A stretch of DNA of 64,000 bases. It comes from Coleofasciculus chthonoplastes F2-STO-03. GTDB lineage: Bacteria; Cyanobacteriota; Cyanobacteriia; Cyanobacteriales; Coleofasciculaceae. The stretch is taken from contig JAVJWO010000040.1 of assembly GCA_040222015.1 (NCBI GenBank), positions 102,548 to 166,547 on the forward strand, written 5' to 3'. Position 1 is the stretch's first letter. The number at the start of each line of letters is the position of its first letter. This document shows, piece after piece, positions 9,424 through 19,765 of this stretch. The notes beneath the pieces were generated by a model. It saw only the letters and a list, made by a program, of their open reading frames with translations, searched no databases and was not told the origin of the DNA. The translations under genes and the position numbers were made by a program.

Positions 9424-12400
9424 TTAGGCTAGAACCAGATAAATTTGTTCGAGCAATTGACTCATCGAATAGGAACGTCCGGGCAAAATTTTAGTAGCAA
9501 GGCTTTGCAATTGCGACTCTAATTCTATCATTATCTGATCTGACTCAGAAACTCCAACATTGAGGGATAAATCGGGCAATCGATGATCCAGCAAAAGAAT
9601 CGGGGGTCGATTGGGTATCTGACTCAACGATCTTAATCCTTGAACCACGCCTGAATAATCCCGAATATCTTTGATCCGAATCAACAGTACATCAACCATT
9701 TGTTGTTGAAGTTGATGGTAGACATCTGACCAACAGTGGGATAATAGACTCCTAAATCCAGCCGCTTGTAGATATTGAATCAATGCCCGTAGCCAAGGGG
9801 TGTAAGGTGTGACAGGATTCGTGTTGAAGCCATTGGGACTAATCCCTTGAGTGTCGCCCAGATCAAAAATGAGAAGGCTTGACTTGCGACTCACTCCCGC
9901 CGCAATTTGAATCACTTCCAGCAGTGTGGTAATTTTCTGGGGGTTATCCGGTGCTAAACAAGGATAGACAGAAAGACCGATCGCTTGATTGGCGGCTTGT
10001 GTGGTTCGATGATCTAGGGTAATCAGGGGTAGATCCGCTAATGTGGGATATAACAAATAGGTTTTAAAGTAACCTGGGGCATCATTGATCCCAGCCCCAT
10101 CCAGCAAAACAATATCTGGATGCCAAACCCGCGCCAATAATTCTGCCTGTTCTAAATCATCGGCTTCCAGTACCCGGTATCTTAGATCTGAATGTTGGCA
10201 ACTGAGTATATCAGTTAACTGAGAAATTAGTCTTGACGATTCCGGGGGAACCTCGACTAACTCCGCACTGACATAAAGCAGCGTTAGTACCTGATTGGCG
10301 AGAGGCTGATGTTTACCCAAGCGGGTCAGGTTTTTGGCTAATGCTTCCTCTTGAACCGGTAAACTTAAGAAGCCATCGGCGTTATTTTGATCAGCCTGTT
10401 CTTTTTCAGCTTGAGTTGCTGTAACTAAGATGGGGATGTGACGGGTTTGCAGATCAGACTTGAGCAATGTCAGGACATCCCAACCCGAAACTTGTGGGAG
10501 GAGAGGATTGAGTAAAATGATGCTCGGTTGTAAGCTACGAGCTTTGGAGAGTGCTTCTGGACTAGAACGAGCATTGACTACCCAGTAGCCTAAATGTTTT
10601 AGCTGCACCGTCAGGCTTTCTAGATACCGGGGAACGGTTTCCACAATTAACACCAAGCGGTTACGATTGGGGGATGGGACGTTGACATTTGCCTGTCCCC
10701 AGTCCTCAGTCTCTGCCAAATCTTTGCCAGAAGGTGGACAGGGGGGAAGCAGCAGGGTAAACTCGCTACCGTTGCCGCTTTTAGAGATAAACGAAATATC
10801 TCCTCCATGCAAGCGAGCCAAGCGTTGGGTTAAGACTAATCCTAACCCTGTCCCCTCAAACCGACGAGTGAGCGGTTGTTCCAACTGCTGGAATTTCTGG
10901 AAAATCAAGTGCTGCTTGTCTTCGGGAATGCCAATCCCTGTGTCCCAGATGGTAAAGGCTATCCAGCCATCTTGATGGTTAACTTTTAAACCTACGGTGT
11001 TTTGGCTGTCGGTAAATTTGAGTGCATTGGATAGCAGGTGTGCCAGCATTTGCCGCAGCCGTAGTTCATCGGCAATGATGGTGTCTAGACCAGGTTCAAT
11101 GTCTAATACAAAGGAAATGTCGGGGGTTGCGCCTTCGTGGTTGGGATTGTTGTCTGAGTAGACTTGGAGGGCTTGTTGATAGGCGCGATCGCACAGGCTT
11201 TGAATCTGCACTGGTTCTAACGTCAGTTCAAGCTGACCTGTTTCCATGCGCGTTAGATCCAGAATATCATTGACTACTGCCATCAGTTGACGCCCATTTT
11301 GGTAAATCAACCGAGCATAACGCGCTTGACGCTCATTGAGTTCGCCTAATAACTGGTCTTTGAGCAGGGTTGATAATCCTAAAACAGCGGTGAGTGGCGT
11401 CTTCAGTTCGTGGCTAATACAGGCTAAAAACTCGTCTTTCAGGCGGTTGAGTTGGACTAAATCCGCATTTTTGGCAGTCAGTTCTTGAGTGACTTGCTGT
11501 TGAGCTGTTGTGTCTTGCGCCATGACTAACCAAAGCTGTGAATTAGGGGGATTGAGGGGATTCGGGATCATTGGGTTAGCTGTATCTGGTTCTGTACAGA
11601 TGTGCCATGGTGCATCTTTCCATGGTGTGCCTTTCCCATCCTCAGTTGTCAATTCGGGGAACAACGAGGGAGGTAGAGGCATTTTAGTCAACACAAACTG
11701 GCGATCCTGGATTTTTTTCGTCATTTCTAGGGTTTCCCCATCCCTGCGTAAGTCTTGAGGATACTGAGATGTCGCTGTAGACTCAAGTTCTGGATGTTGA
11801 GAATGGGTTGCCATGAGGTGGGTGCGATCGCCTGCACAGTCATAACCCATCGCTCTAGGGGAAGTGAATGTTGGCTGAGTTTCATCACCAACACCCCAAG
11901 CCACTGGCTTCTCCCTATTGTTGAACTGCTTATGGGTGGGGTTCGGCTCAGCTACCGCTAATGGTTCTGTCACTTGAGGATTTGTCTGCCCATTTGCACA
12001 GTAGCGGGTTGAGTCTGGCTGAGTGTTATGGCTAAGGATGCGTAGGTTGGAGGGTGATTCAACCGAGGTTGACTCTATCCCAGTTGGATGCTCCCAGGAT
12101 AACCCTATCTGCTGACGCCAAGCCCGATTTTCAGACAAGACTTGCCCGGTTGCGGTTTGTAAACTCAGGGGGAGTGGTAGTTGTTCGAGGAGTTGGATTA
12201 AGGGTGATTGGGGATTGGGGAACCCTTCGCGACTCTCGAGGGAATGGTTTGTCGGGGCGGGTAATGAAACTTTCTTTTGGCTATTGATGGTAACGTTTGT
12301 GCAGAACCCGCCCTGACGTAGAGACGTGCCATGGCACGTCTCTACATCCTCAGTCTGGGGTAATGGTGCTAAGAATTTCAATAATTGCCAGCTATTGAGC

Positions 12401-12849
12401 AGTCCCAAAAATCTACCATTGGGTTCGACTAATGCCCATTGTCTGGAACCTTCCGGGTAGGGAATGGTGGATGTATCGAAGGGTGTGTCTGGTCTTCCCC
12501 TACCCAAGTCGGTTAAGATAGTCCAGAACTGGCTGATTGTCAACGATGCTGGTATGATCTCTAGGGGTTCAATTACAGAGGGTTCCAATTCCGAGAGCCG
12601 TTGAGAGAAATCTCTAGTTGCAGTTGTTCCTAGAGTTGCTGCTGACGTCGCCCCGGTCAGGAGATAGGGCATAACCTGTCGCAGATTCACAACTCCCAGA
12701 GGATAATGCTGCTCACTGACGACAACAATCGAGTTACTCCCTGATGCGTGAAAAATCTCCAGTAGGGCAGTTAGATCAGTGGTTTGGGAACAAATCGGAA
12801 CAGGAGCAGCACATTCTTTTAAACTGGGAGTTGACATGGATATGACCAA
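9424..12849 (-). CDS. Hybrid sensor histidine kinase (CBS-like N-terminus, HisKA, HATPase, degenerate receiver domains)
   Basis: FLACISHELKTPL H-box, LLSNALKFT N-box, DTGIGI G1, GTGLGL G2; receiver-like C-terminal regions. Confidence 0.9.
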   Translation of the reverse strand: MVISMSTPSLKECAAPVPICSQTTDLTALLEIFHASGSNSIVVVSEQHYPLGVVNLRQVMPYLLTGATSAATLGTTATRDFSQRLSELEPSVIEPLEIIPASLTISQFWTILTDLGRGRPDTPFDTSTIPYPEGSRQWALVEPNGRFLGLLNSWQLLKFLAPLPQTEDVETCHGTSLRQGGFCTNVTINSQKKVSLPAPTNHSLESREGFPNPQSPLIQLLEQLPLPLSLQTATGQVLSENRAWRQQIGLSWEHPTGIESTSVESPSNLRILSHNTQPDSTRYCANGQTNPQVTEPLAVAEPNPTHKQFNNREKPVAWGVGDETQPTFTSPRAMGYDCAGDRTHLMATHSQHPELESTATSQYPQDLRRDGETLEMTKKIQDRQFVLTKMPLPPSLFPELTTEDGKGTPWKDAPWHICTEPDTANPMIPNPLNPPNSQLWLVMAQDTTAQQQVTQELTAKNADLVQLNRLKDEFLACISHELKTPLTAVLGLSTLLKDQLLGELNERQARYARLIYQNGRQLMAVVNDILDLTRMETGQLELTLEPVQIQSLCDRAYQQALQVYSDNNPNHEGATPDISFVLDIEPGLDTIIADELRLRQMLAHLLSNALKFTDSQNTVGLKVNHQDGWIAFTIWDTGIGIPEDKQHLIFQKFQQLEQPLTRRFEGTGLGLVLTQRLARLHGGDISFISKSGNGSEFTLLLPPCPPSGKDLAETEDWGQANVNVPSPNRNRLVLIVETVPRYLESLTVQLKHLGYWVVNARSSPEALSKARSLQPSIILLNPLLPQVSGWDVLTLLKSDLQTRHIPILVTATQAEKEQADQNNADGFLSLPVQEEALAKNLTRLGKHQPLANQVLTLLYVSAELVEVPPESSRLISQLTDILSCQHSDLRYRVLEADDLEQAELLARVWHPDIVLLDGAGINDAPGYFKTYLLYPTLADLPLITLDHRTTQAANQAIGLSVYPCLAPDNPQKITTLLEVIQIAAGVSRKSSLLIFDLGDTQGISPNGFNTNPVTPYTPWLRALIQYLQAAGFRSLLSHCWSDVYHQLQQQMVDVLLIRIKDIRDYSGVVQGLRSLSQIPNRPPILLLDHRLPDLSLNVGVSESDQIMIELESQLQSLATKILPGRSYSMSQLLEQIYLVLA

Positions 12850-13003
12850 TTAGCTCAAATCAGGGGAAGCGGCTAGGTCGCAGGATATTACTATCTGTAC
12901 GTTACCCATAAGCTGAATCGCGTCAGGAATTCTGACGCTAACCAGCACAACCACCGCTCTAGTTCAATTATTGCGCTGGATGGGGGGGGTAAAGGACAAA
13001 GTG

Positions 13004-13021
13004 CTTACAATTACTTACAAT
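13004..13021. promoter_or_regulatory. HLR1-like direct repeat in the hik/kaiA divergent promoter
   Basis: CTTACAAT-TA-CTTACAAT, two octamers spaced by 2 nt. Confidence 0.45.
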
Positions 13022-13142
13022 TCTTAGAGTACTTAATGTAATGTTAATTAACTTTAGAAAAATTTTGTTAAAATACGTTACAGTCGAGAAATTTAACTCG
13101 GCAATTGGTAAGGTTGTTTTTCAACATTAAAGTCCTATCGTT

Positions 13143-14060
13143 TTGCATCCTCAACTGTCAATTGGTATTTTTGTTCATTCCCCAGCCCTGGCGCAGTCAC
13201 TGAGCCAGGTTTTAAGTGGCGATCGCTATCTGTTATCGATCGCGAACTCAGCCTCTGAGTTTCTGGAGTTCGTAGAACAAAAACAGCAGCATATCGATTG
13301 TTTAGTGCTGCAAGATGACGACGCCTTACCACCCGTTATTAATCAGTTGTACGAACAAGGAAGCCTACTTCCTCTAGTTATTTTTCCCAAAGAATCAAAA
13401 AACAATGATTCTGGTGTTGTCACAAATGCTCAGCCAAACCCAATTCAGACAACCGTTCGTTGTACACCAGGGGAGGTGCATTATTTGTTTCACGCCGCTG
13501 AAGTTCGACTCGATATTAGCCAAGTCTCTGAGCTAGAACATTTCCTAGAACAGGCAATTACCCAGTTTCTTTCCCTCTCTCCGAACTGCAACTTGCCTAT
13601 TCTTCCGGCTAATGCGGATAAGAAAACCGAAGAAATTCATCGGGGTTCTTTAATGAAGCAGCAGTCTCGGTTATCTGAAAAACTCAAAGAGCGGCTGGGA
13701 TATCTCGGTGTGTACTATAAACGAAATCCTCAGTTTTTCTTTCGCTATTTATCGCAAAATGAAAAAAGCAAACTGATCGAACAGCTTAAGAGTGATTATC
13801 GTGAGATTGTTTTAATTTACTTCAGTCAAGACACCACAATTAACCAGTTAATTGATAATTTTGTCAACGAAGCATTTTTTGCCGATATATCCGTTTCTAA
13901 GATTGTAGAAATTCACATGGATTTGATGGATAATTTTTCTAAACAACTCAAGCTAGAGGGGCGCAAGGAAGATATTCTCACAGACTATCGTCTAACACTG
14001 ATCGATGTAATTGCTCATTTAGGTGAAATGTATCGTCGCTCGATTCCCAGAGAGTTATAA
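13143..14060 (+). CDS. kaiA: Circadian clock protein KaiA (full length)
   Basis: LKERLGYLGVYYKRNP, DYRLTLIDVIAHLGEMYRRSIPRE; synteny with kaiB and kaiC. Confidence 0.97.
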   Translation: MHPQLSIGIFVHSPALAQSLSQVLSGDRYLLSIANSASEFLEFVEQKQQHIDCLVLQDDDALPPVINQLYEQGSLLPLVIFPKESKNNDSGVVTNAQPNPIQTTVRCTPGEVHYLFHAAEVRLDISQVSELEHFLEQAITQFLSLSPNCNLPILPANADKKTEEIHRGSLMKQQSRLSEKLKERLGYLGVYYKRNPQFFFRYLSQNEKSKLIEQLKSDYREIVLIYFSQDTTINQLIDNFVNEAFFADISVSKIVEIHMDLMDNFSKQLKLEGRKEDILTDYRLTLIDVIAHLGEMYRRSIPREL

Positions 14061-14178
14061 TTATAATTGTGGTATTAGCAATTCGCTCCCGACCCATCAA
14101 CGTCCACGGTGAACGAATTTATTCCGGGTTACTTTTAAATTGGCAACTATCCTTCGCTTATTCCTAATGGCTAACCCT

Positions 14179-14493
14179 ATGAGTCCCCTAAAAAAAACTT
14201 ATGTCCTCAAGCTTTATGTGGCTGGGAATACTCCCCACTCAGTTACCGCATTGAAAACCCTCAAAAATATCCTGGAACAGGAATTTCAAGGGGTTTACGC
14301 CCTGAAAGTGATTGATGTTCTCAAAAGTCCTCAACTTGCCGAGGAAGATAAAATTTTGGCAACGCCAACTCTAGCGAAAGTTTTACCCCCTCCGGTGCGA
14401 AAAATTATTGGGGATCTGTCTGATCGCGAAAAAGTCTTAATCGGATTGGATCTGCTGTATGAAGAACTTCAGGATGGAGAGATAGATTTTTAG
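14179..14493 (+). CDS. kaiB: Circadian clock protein KaiB
   Basis: [14 protein letters not shown]...[40 protein letters not shown]. Confidence 0.98.
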   Translation: MSPLKKTYVLKLYVAGNTPHSVTALKTLKNILEQEFQGVYALKVIDVLKSPQLAEEDKILATPTLAKVLPPPVRKIIGDLSDREKVLIGLDLLYEELQDGEIDF

Positions 14494-14586
14494 GGCAGGT
14501 TCAGATTTTATGAGATAATAGCAGATTCGAGATCTATTCTCAGATGACGGCGATTTTAGTTATATCTTTAAATTTGACGAAAAAAT

Positions 14587-16146
14587 ATGAGTCCATTTAA
14601 TCTAGATGAGCAAAGACCAGATGAATTTACCACCCCAGGAGTCCATAAAATCCGGACGATGATTGAAGGGTTCGATGATATCAGCCATGGGGGGTTACCT
14701 GTGGCTCGAACCACACTGGTTAGTGGCACCTCTGGTACGGGTAAAACATTGTTTGCGGTTCAGTTTCTGCATAACGGGATCACTCAATTTGATGATCCGG
14801 GTGTCTTCGTTACCTTTGAAGAATCTCCCAACGATATTATTAAAAATTCCCATAGTTTAGGCTGGGATCTGCAAAAGTTAATTGATGACGGCAAACTGTT
14901 TATTCTGGATGCTTCTCCTGATCCCGAAGGACAAGAAGTTGTCGGCAACTTTGATTTGTCCGCTTTAATTGAGCGGATTCAATACGCGATTCGCAAGTAC
15001 AAAGCCAAGCGGGTTTCGGTTGATTCGATTACTGCCATATTTCAACAATACGATGCGGCTTCAGTGGTGCGGCGAGAAATTTTTCGCTTAGTCGCTCGTC
15101 TCAAACAAATTGGCGTGACGACGGTGATGACGACGGAGCGCGTGGAAGAGTATGGACCCGTAGCCAGGTTTGGCGTGGAAGAGTTTGTCTCCGATAATGT
15201 GGTAATTGTTCGCAATGTTTTGGAAGGAGAACGGCGACGCCGCACCATTGAAATTCTCAAGCTACGGGGTACAACCCACATGAAAGGAGAATACCCGTTT
15301 ACCCTAAGCAATCAAGGATTTAATATCTTCCCCTTAGGTGCCATGCAATTAACTCAGCGTTCATCTAATGTTCGGGTATCCTCTGGAATTAAAACCCTGG
15401 ATGAAATGTGTGGCGGTGGCTTCTTTAAAGATTCCATTATTCTAGCAACGGGAGCTACGGGAACGGGAAAAACTTTATTAGTTAGTAAGTTTATTCATGA
15501 TGCTTGTTTAAATGAAGAACGGGCGATTCTCTTTGCTTACGAAGAATCCAGAGCGCAGCTCACGCGAAACGGTTTATCCTGGGGAATCGATTTCGAGGAA
15601 ATGGAGGAAAAAGGATTATTAAAAATTCTTTGTTCTTACCCAGAATCAGCCGGATTAGAAGATCATTTGCAAATTATTCAAACCCAAATTCAGGAGTTCA
15701 AACCGTCTCGGATTGCCATTGATTCTCTTTCGGCGTTAGCACGGGGAGTGAGCAATAATGCATTCCGTCAGTTCGTGATTAGTGTGACTGGTTACGCCAA
15801 GCAAGAAGAAATTACCGGGTTTTTTACCAATACAACGGATCAATTTATGGGATCGAATTCAATTACAGATTCCCATATTTCTACGATTACTGATACAATT
15901 TTAATGTTGCAATACGTGGAAATTCGGGGGCAAATGTCGCGGGCGCTTAATGTATTTAAAATGCGGGGATCTTGGCACGATACCGGAATTCGAGAGTATC
16001 TAATTAGCAAAAATGGGGCAGACATTAAAGATTCATTCCGCAATTACGAGCGGATTATCAGTGGTTCCCCCAGTCGAATTACGGTTGACGAAAAGAGTGA
16101 ACTCTCGCGGATTGTGCAAGGTGTGCGGCAAAAGTCAACGGAATAG
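14587..16146 (+). CDS. kaiC: Circadian clock protein KaiC
   Basis: Two P-loops (GTSGTGKT, GATGTGKT), DSHISTITDTI phosphosite region, 519 aa. Confidence 0.98.
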   Translation: MSPFNLDEQRPDEFTTPGVHKIRTMIEGFDDISHGGLPVARTTLVSGTSGTGKTLFAVQFLHNGITQFDDPGVFVTFEESPNDIIKNSHSLGWDLQKLIDDGKLFILDASPDPEGQEVVGNFDLSALIERIQYAIRKYKAKRVSVDSITAIFQQYDAASVVRREIFRLVARLKQIGVTTVMTTERVEEYGPVARFGVEEFVSDNVVIVRNVLEGERRRRTIEILKLRGTTHMKGEYPFTLSNQGFNIFPLGAMQLTQRSSNVRVSSGIKTLDEMCGGGFFKDSIILATGATGTGKTLLVSKFIHDACLNEERAILFAYEESRAQLTRNGLSWGIDFEEMEEKGLLKILCSYPESAGLEDHLQIIQTQIQEFKPSRIAIDSLSALARGVSNNAFRQFVISVTGYAKQEEITGFFTNTTDQFMGSNSITDSHISTITDTILMLQYVEIRGQMSRALNVFKMRGSWHDTGIREYLISKNGADIKDSFRNYERIISGSPSRITVDEKSELSRIVQGVRQKSTE

Positions 16147-16149
16147 TTA

Positions 16150-16351
16150 TTGGTCATTGGTCATTGGTCATTGGTCATGATTTGGTATTAGGGCGGGTTT
16201 TGTTGAGATGTTATCACGGAGATTCCAATTGAATAAGGGCGGGTTTTGTTGAGATGTTATCACGGAGATTCTAATTAAATAAGGGCGGGTTTTGTTGTTC
16301 CATTATTGGTGGATATTTGAATTGAGTCCCTAAACCCGCCCCTACAATTAT
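16150..16351. repeat. (TTGGTCA)n STRR followed by tandem ~46-bp REP-like units
   Basis: Four TTGGTCA units, then AGGGCGGGTTTTGTTG three times, closing with AAACCCGCCCCTAC. Confidence 0.8.
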
Positions 16352-16365
16352 CCCTACATCCGCCT

Positions 16366-17559
16366 CTACAATTGATTCGCGATCGCGTCCACTAACCGAT
16401 CCATTTCCTCATAGTCCGTAAAGTAATGAACGCAGGCGCGAATGCAGTCGGGATCACGAAGGGTGCGAAGCTGGAAACCCTTGTCTGCTAATTGTTTGAC
16501 GAGTTGGGAAGAGGGGGTACTATCGGTTAAGACAAAGGAGACTAAACCCGCTTGGGGGGGAGAGTTCAACAGGCAACGCACCGAGTTTAACTGGGATAAG
16601 CGTTGCCAAAGATACTGACTGCGCTGACAAATTTGTTCGTAGCGGCTTTGATCCGTTCCCCATTGCTGATGAGTTGCGATCGCCTCTCGCAATCCAACAT
16701 AGAGAGGATAGGCGGAGGTGGCGACTTCAAAGCGTTCTCCATCCGGCTTCCAGCCGATGGGTTTACCTCTGTTGTCCATCGTAATACCGCGCCAACCAAT
16801 AAATGTGGGATGCAGGTGTTCTAATACATCAGGGCGCACGTATAAACCGCCAACCCCAGCAGGTCCACACCACCATTTATGACCTGTAAAGGCATAAAAG
16901 TCTACCCCAAGTTCGCTTAAATTTAAGGGTAAGGAACCAACAGATTGAGCCGCATCGACTAAAATTTGAATTGGGGCATTTTCGGTTACTGCATTACGAC
17001 AGGTTTCTACAATTTCTTTTAAGGGCAAAACTTGACCCGTATTCCAGAGGATATGACTAAGAACGACTAACCGGGTACGCGGTGTCAGATGTTGTTTGAT
17101 TACGGCGGTAGGATCACCCTGGTTCAGCGTCGCCATAATTGGACAGGTGGACACCTCTACGCCAAATCGCCGTCCGATCTCTTCTGCTGTAGCCACAATA
17201 CCCGGATGTTCACAATCCGTCAGCAGGATGCGATCGCCAACTTGCCAGTCTATCCCCCAGAAGGCAATATTACAGCCAACGGTGACATTTTCGGTGAGGG
17301 TAATCGTTTCGGGAGGCGTTCTCAACTCAGATGCGATCGCGCTTCGGGTGTACTGGGTTTGTTCCAAGCGCCACTCATTGACCTTACCGGAAAACGGTCC
17401 ATGTTCCTGAGTATACTCATAAGCCTGTTGAATCGCCGTTAATGACCTTGAGGGGAGAGTCCCTTGACCGCCAAAGTTGAAATAGGCTTTGTTGGCTAAA
17501 GCCGGAAACTGCTGTCGATGGTGTTGCAGATGAGTTGATGCACCCGATAGGTCTGTCAT
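16366..17559 (-). CDS. Class V aminotransferase, L-cysteine/cystine lyase (C-DES-like)
   Basis: YFNFGGQG, SHILWNTGQVLP, VDAAQSVG, FYAFTGHKWWCGPAG PLP-lysine motif. Confidence 0.88.
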   Translation of the reverse strand: MTDLSGASTHLQHHRQQFPALANKAYFNFGGQGTLPSRSLTAIQQAYEYTQEHGPFSGKVNEWRLEQTQYTRSAIASELRTPPETITLTENVTVGCNIAFWGIDWQVGDRILLTDCEHPGIVATAEEIGRRFGVEVSTCPIMATLNQGDPTAVIKQHLTPRTRLVVLSHILWNTGQVLPLKEIVETCRNAVTENAPIQILVDAAQSVGSLPLNLSELGVDFYAFTGHKWWCGPAGVGGLYVRPDVLEHLHPTFIGWRGITMDNRGKPIGWKPDGERFEVATSAYPLYVGLREAIATHQQWGTDQSRYEQICQRSQYLWQRLSQLNSVRCLLNSPPQAGLVSFVLTDSTPSSQLVKQLADKGFQLRTLRDPDCIRACVHYFTDYEEMDRLVDAIANQL

Positions 17560-17816
17560 TGGCAAGTTTTTACTTTTACTATCCCCAGGAATGAATCATT
17601 ATAATCCCAATCATCCCAATTTTTCAACACAATAAGCATATATACTGATCAGTTTCTGAGAAACTCAGCCATTCTGCGTAGGATTATTCAGCGAATCAAC
17701 GGATTATTTGTTACAGGAAGTAAAGGTATTCTGGTAGGCAGCATAGACATCTAAAAGCAATTTCCTATTTTTATTGCGTCCCAGCCGATTGAAACTATCG
17801 GGACATAAAACCCAAT

Positions 17817-18080
17817 GTAGGGGCGGGTTTAGGGACAAAATTAATGGAGCCACAAATCACCTTTATACAAAACCCGCCCTGCCCCAATCTTTCACTGCGA
17901 TCGCGGTTGAGAATAAGGTGGGTTGGGTTGTCCAGTTTCGGATTAATCGATTGCCTTTCGGTGGGGGAATGGGCGGGTTTTGTTGTTCCATTATTGGTGG
18001 ATATTTGAATTGAGTCCCTAAACCCGCCCCTACAATTATTCCTAAACCCGCCCCTACAATTATTCCTAAACCCGCCCCTA
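17817..18080. repeat. Cluster of GTAGGGGCGGGTTT/AAACCCGCCCCTAC REP-like elements (family also at 1212-1278, ~33897-33960, ~43090-43240)
   Basis: Inverted terminal motifs; three tandem CCTAAACCCGCCCCTACA units. Confidence 0.8.
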
Positions 18081-18154
18081 CATCTAATTTTTCTGCCCCA
18101 AATGCCTTGGCGAATAAATCACGCAAATTTATTTTTTTGTCCAAAGTTCAATAC

Positions 18155-19375
18155 TTAAGCGCGAAGCTTAAATTGGGCGATAATAATGCCGATAATGGCT
18201 AAAATGGCGGTGGGATAGAAAGCATAAGTATAACTGCCAAACAAATCCCGGATTTGTCCGATGGCTAGAGTTCCTAAAAATGCTCCAGCGCCATAGGCAG
18301 TGAAGACAATCCCATAGTTCTTAGCATAGTCCTCTGGAGGAAACAGAATCAGGGTGGCTGTCGGTGCGATCGCCAACCATCCTCCTAAGCAAAGCCAGAA
18401 CAGCGAAAAGGCAACCAGATAGGTCAAAGCTTGCCCCTCTCCAGCATTGAGCATCAAAATTGAAGCTATCAGAATTAACACATAGGAAATAATCGCTGCT
18501 CCCTTGGGCTGTAGGCGATCTGTTAACCAACCAAATAGAGGACGCCCGATGCCATTAAAGATAGCAAAGATAGAAACTGTAATCGCGGCGGTAGTCGCAT
18601 CGAGTTTAATAATTTCCTGTGCCACGGGGCTAGAAATACCGATCGCCGAAAGTCCGACAAACGTGCCGATGGTATAGCAAAACCAGAGCGCATAAAAGGA
18701 TGGCGATTGCAAGAGTTGTCGCCGCTGATTTTTGGTTGTTTCGATCGGTTTTGGCGTCCAGTTTTTGGGTTTCCATCCGACTGGGGGTAATTTTAGGGTG
18801 ATTGAGATAACGAGAATAATTGCCGTCAAACTAATCCCCAGAATTGCAAAGCTAGGAAGAACCCCAAACGCTGCAATTAAGCCCTTTGCCATCGGTGCCG
18901 TCACCAAGGGAGAAAGTCCAAACCCGATCGCCGTCAATCCCACTGCCAACCCTTTGCGATCGGGAAACCATTTAGCGGAAACTGCCAGGGGAACACCATA
19001 GGCAATACCAACGCCCGCACCAGCGATTACACCATAGGTAATCGTTAAGAGGATGATATTCGTGGCGAAACTGGAAAGGATATAACCAATTCCCGTCACC
19101 ACGCCACCAATCGCTGTAATTTTGCTCACGCCAATCTTATCAATGTAAAATCCCGTAATTGGCATCAACAGGGCATAGAGGACTAATAAAACTGTGAACG
19201 GTAATAAACTTTGAGTGGCGCTGATGCCAAATAAGTCCTCTAGCGGTTTACGAAAAATACTCCAAGAATAGACTGTGCCTAAACACAGTAGGATAAGCGA
19301 GCCTAACGGGATTAAAAACCATCTGCCTTTCTCTGCTGGCAAGCCAAAAACGCGAACAGATTGCCAGTTATCCAT
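18155..19375 (-). CDS. MFS transporter, oxalate/formate antiporter (OFA) family
   Basis: LGTVYSWSIF, KWFPDRKGLAVGL, NGIGRPLFGWLTDR, NYGIVFTAYG; about 12 TMs. Confidence 0.88.
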   Translation of the reverse strand: MDNWQSVRVFGLPAEKGRWFLIPLGSLILLCLGTVYSWSIFRKPLEDLFGISATQSLLPFTVLLVLYALLMPITGFYIDKIGVSKITAIGGVVTGIGYILSSFATNIILLTITYGVIAGAGVGIAYGVPLAVSAKWFPDRKGLAVGLTAIGFGLSPLVTAPMAKGLIAAFGVLPSFAILGISLTAIILVISITLKLPPVGWKPKNWTPKPIETTKNQRRQLLQSPSFYALWFCYTIGTFVGLSAIGISSPVAQEIIKLDATTAAITVSIFAIFNGIGRPLFGWLTDRLQPKGAAIISYVLILIASILMLNAGEGQALTYLVAFSLFWLCLGGWLAIAPTATLILFPPEDYAKNYGIVFTAYGAGAFLGTLAIGQIRDLFGSYTYAFYPTAILAIIGIIIAQFKLRA

Positions 19376-19765
19376 AGAATCTCCTACACACAGCTAATCA
19401 TCCAAGAGGATACCACCTGAATAGTATCTGATCAGCTAACTGGGTTAAGTTAATTTTCGGCTCTATGATCCCCTATGTCGATTGGGTTGAGGTACGTAGG
19501 TAGAACCTTCTCGAAGAACAAGCCAACTTAGCAGGTAGCTTGCAGAATGTCTGCTTTCTCTGACATTCTCCCCTCATTTTCAATGGGGCTAGCAAGATTT
19601 TCTAACTTAGCGTGTTGCGGGTTGGAATCTGATTCTATCCATAAAATCACGGTATAACTAAATTTGGAGCCGTTTTAACTAACAGTTTGGCATAGTAAGT
19701 CCGGAAGAGCCGATTTCCGAAATTTTTGATCTGTTTTTATCATAAATACTCTCGAAGAGCCAATA

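Noticed and set aside
14587..16146. kaiC as a divergent or novel clock variant
   Set aside because: Canonical length, both P-loops, ST phosphosites and standard kaiABC order.
16186..16351. Three regularly spaced repeats after kaiC as a mini CRISPR array
   Set aside because: The first two units are near-identical along their whole length (no unique spacers), they belong to the REP family, and no cas genes are present.
17863..18144. 93-aa ORF with VGAGLGII repeats (and 17774-18013)
   Set aside because: Derived from tandem REP units.
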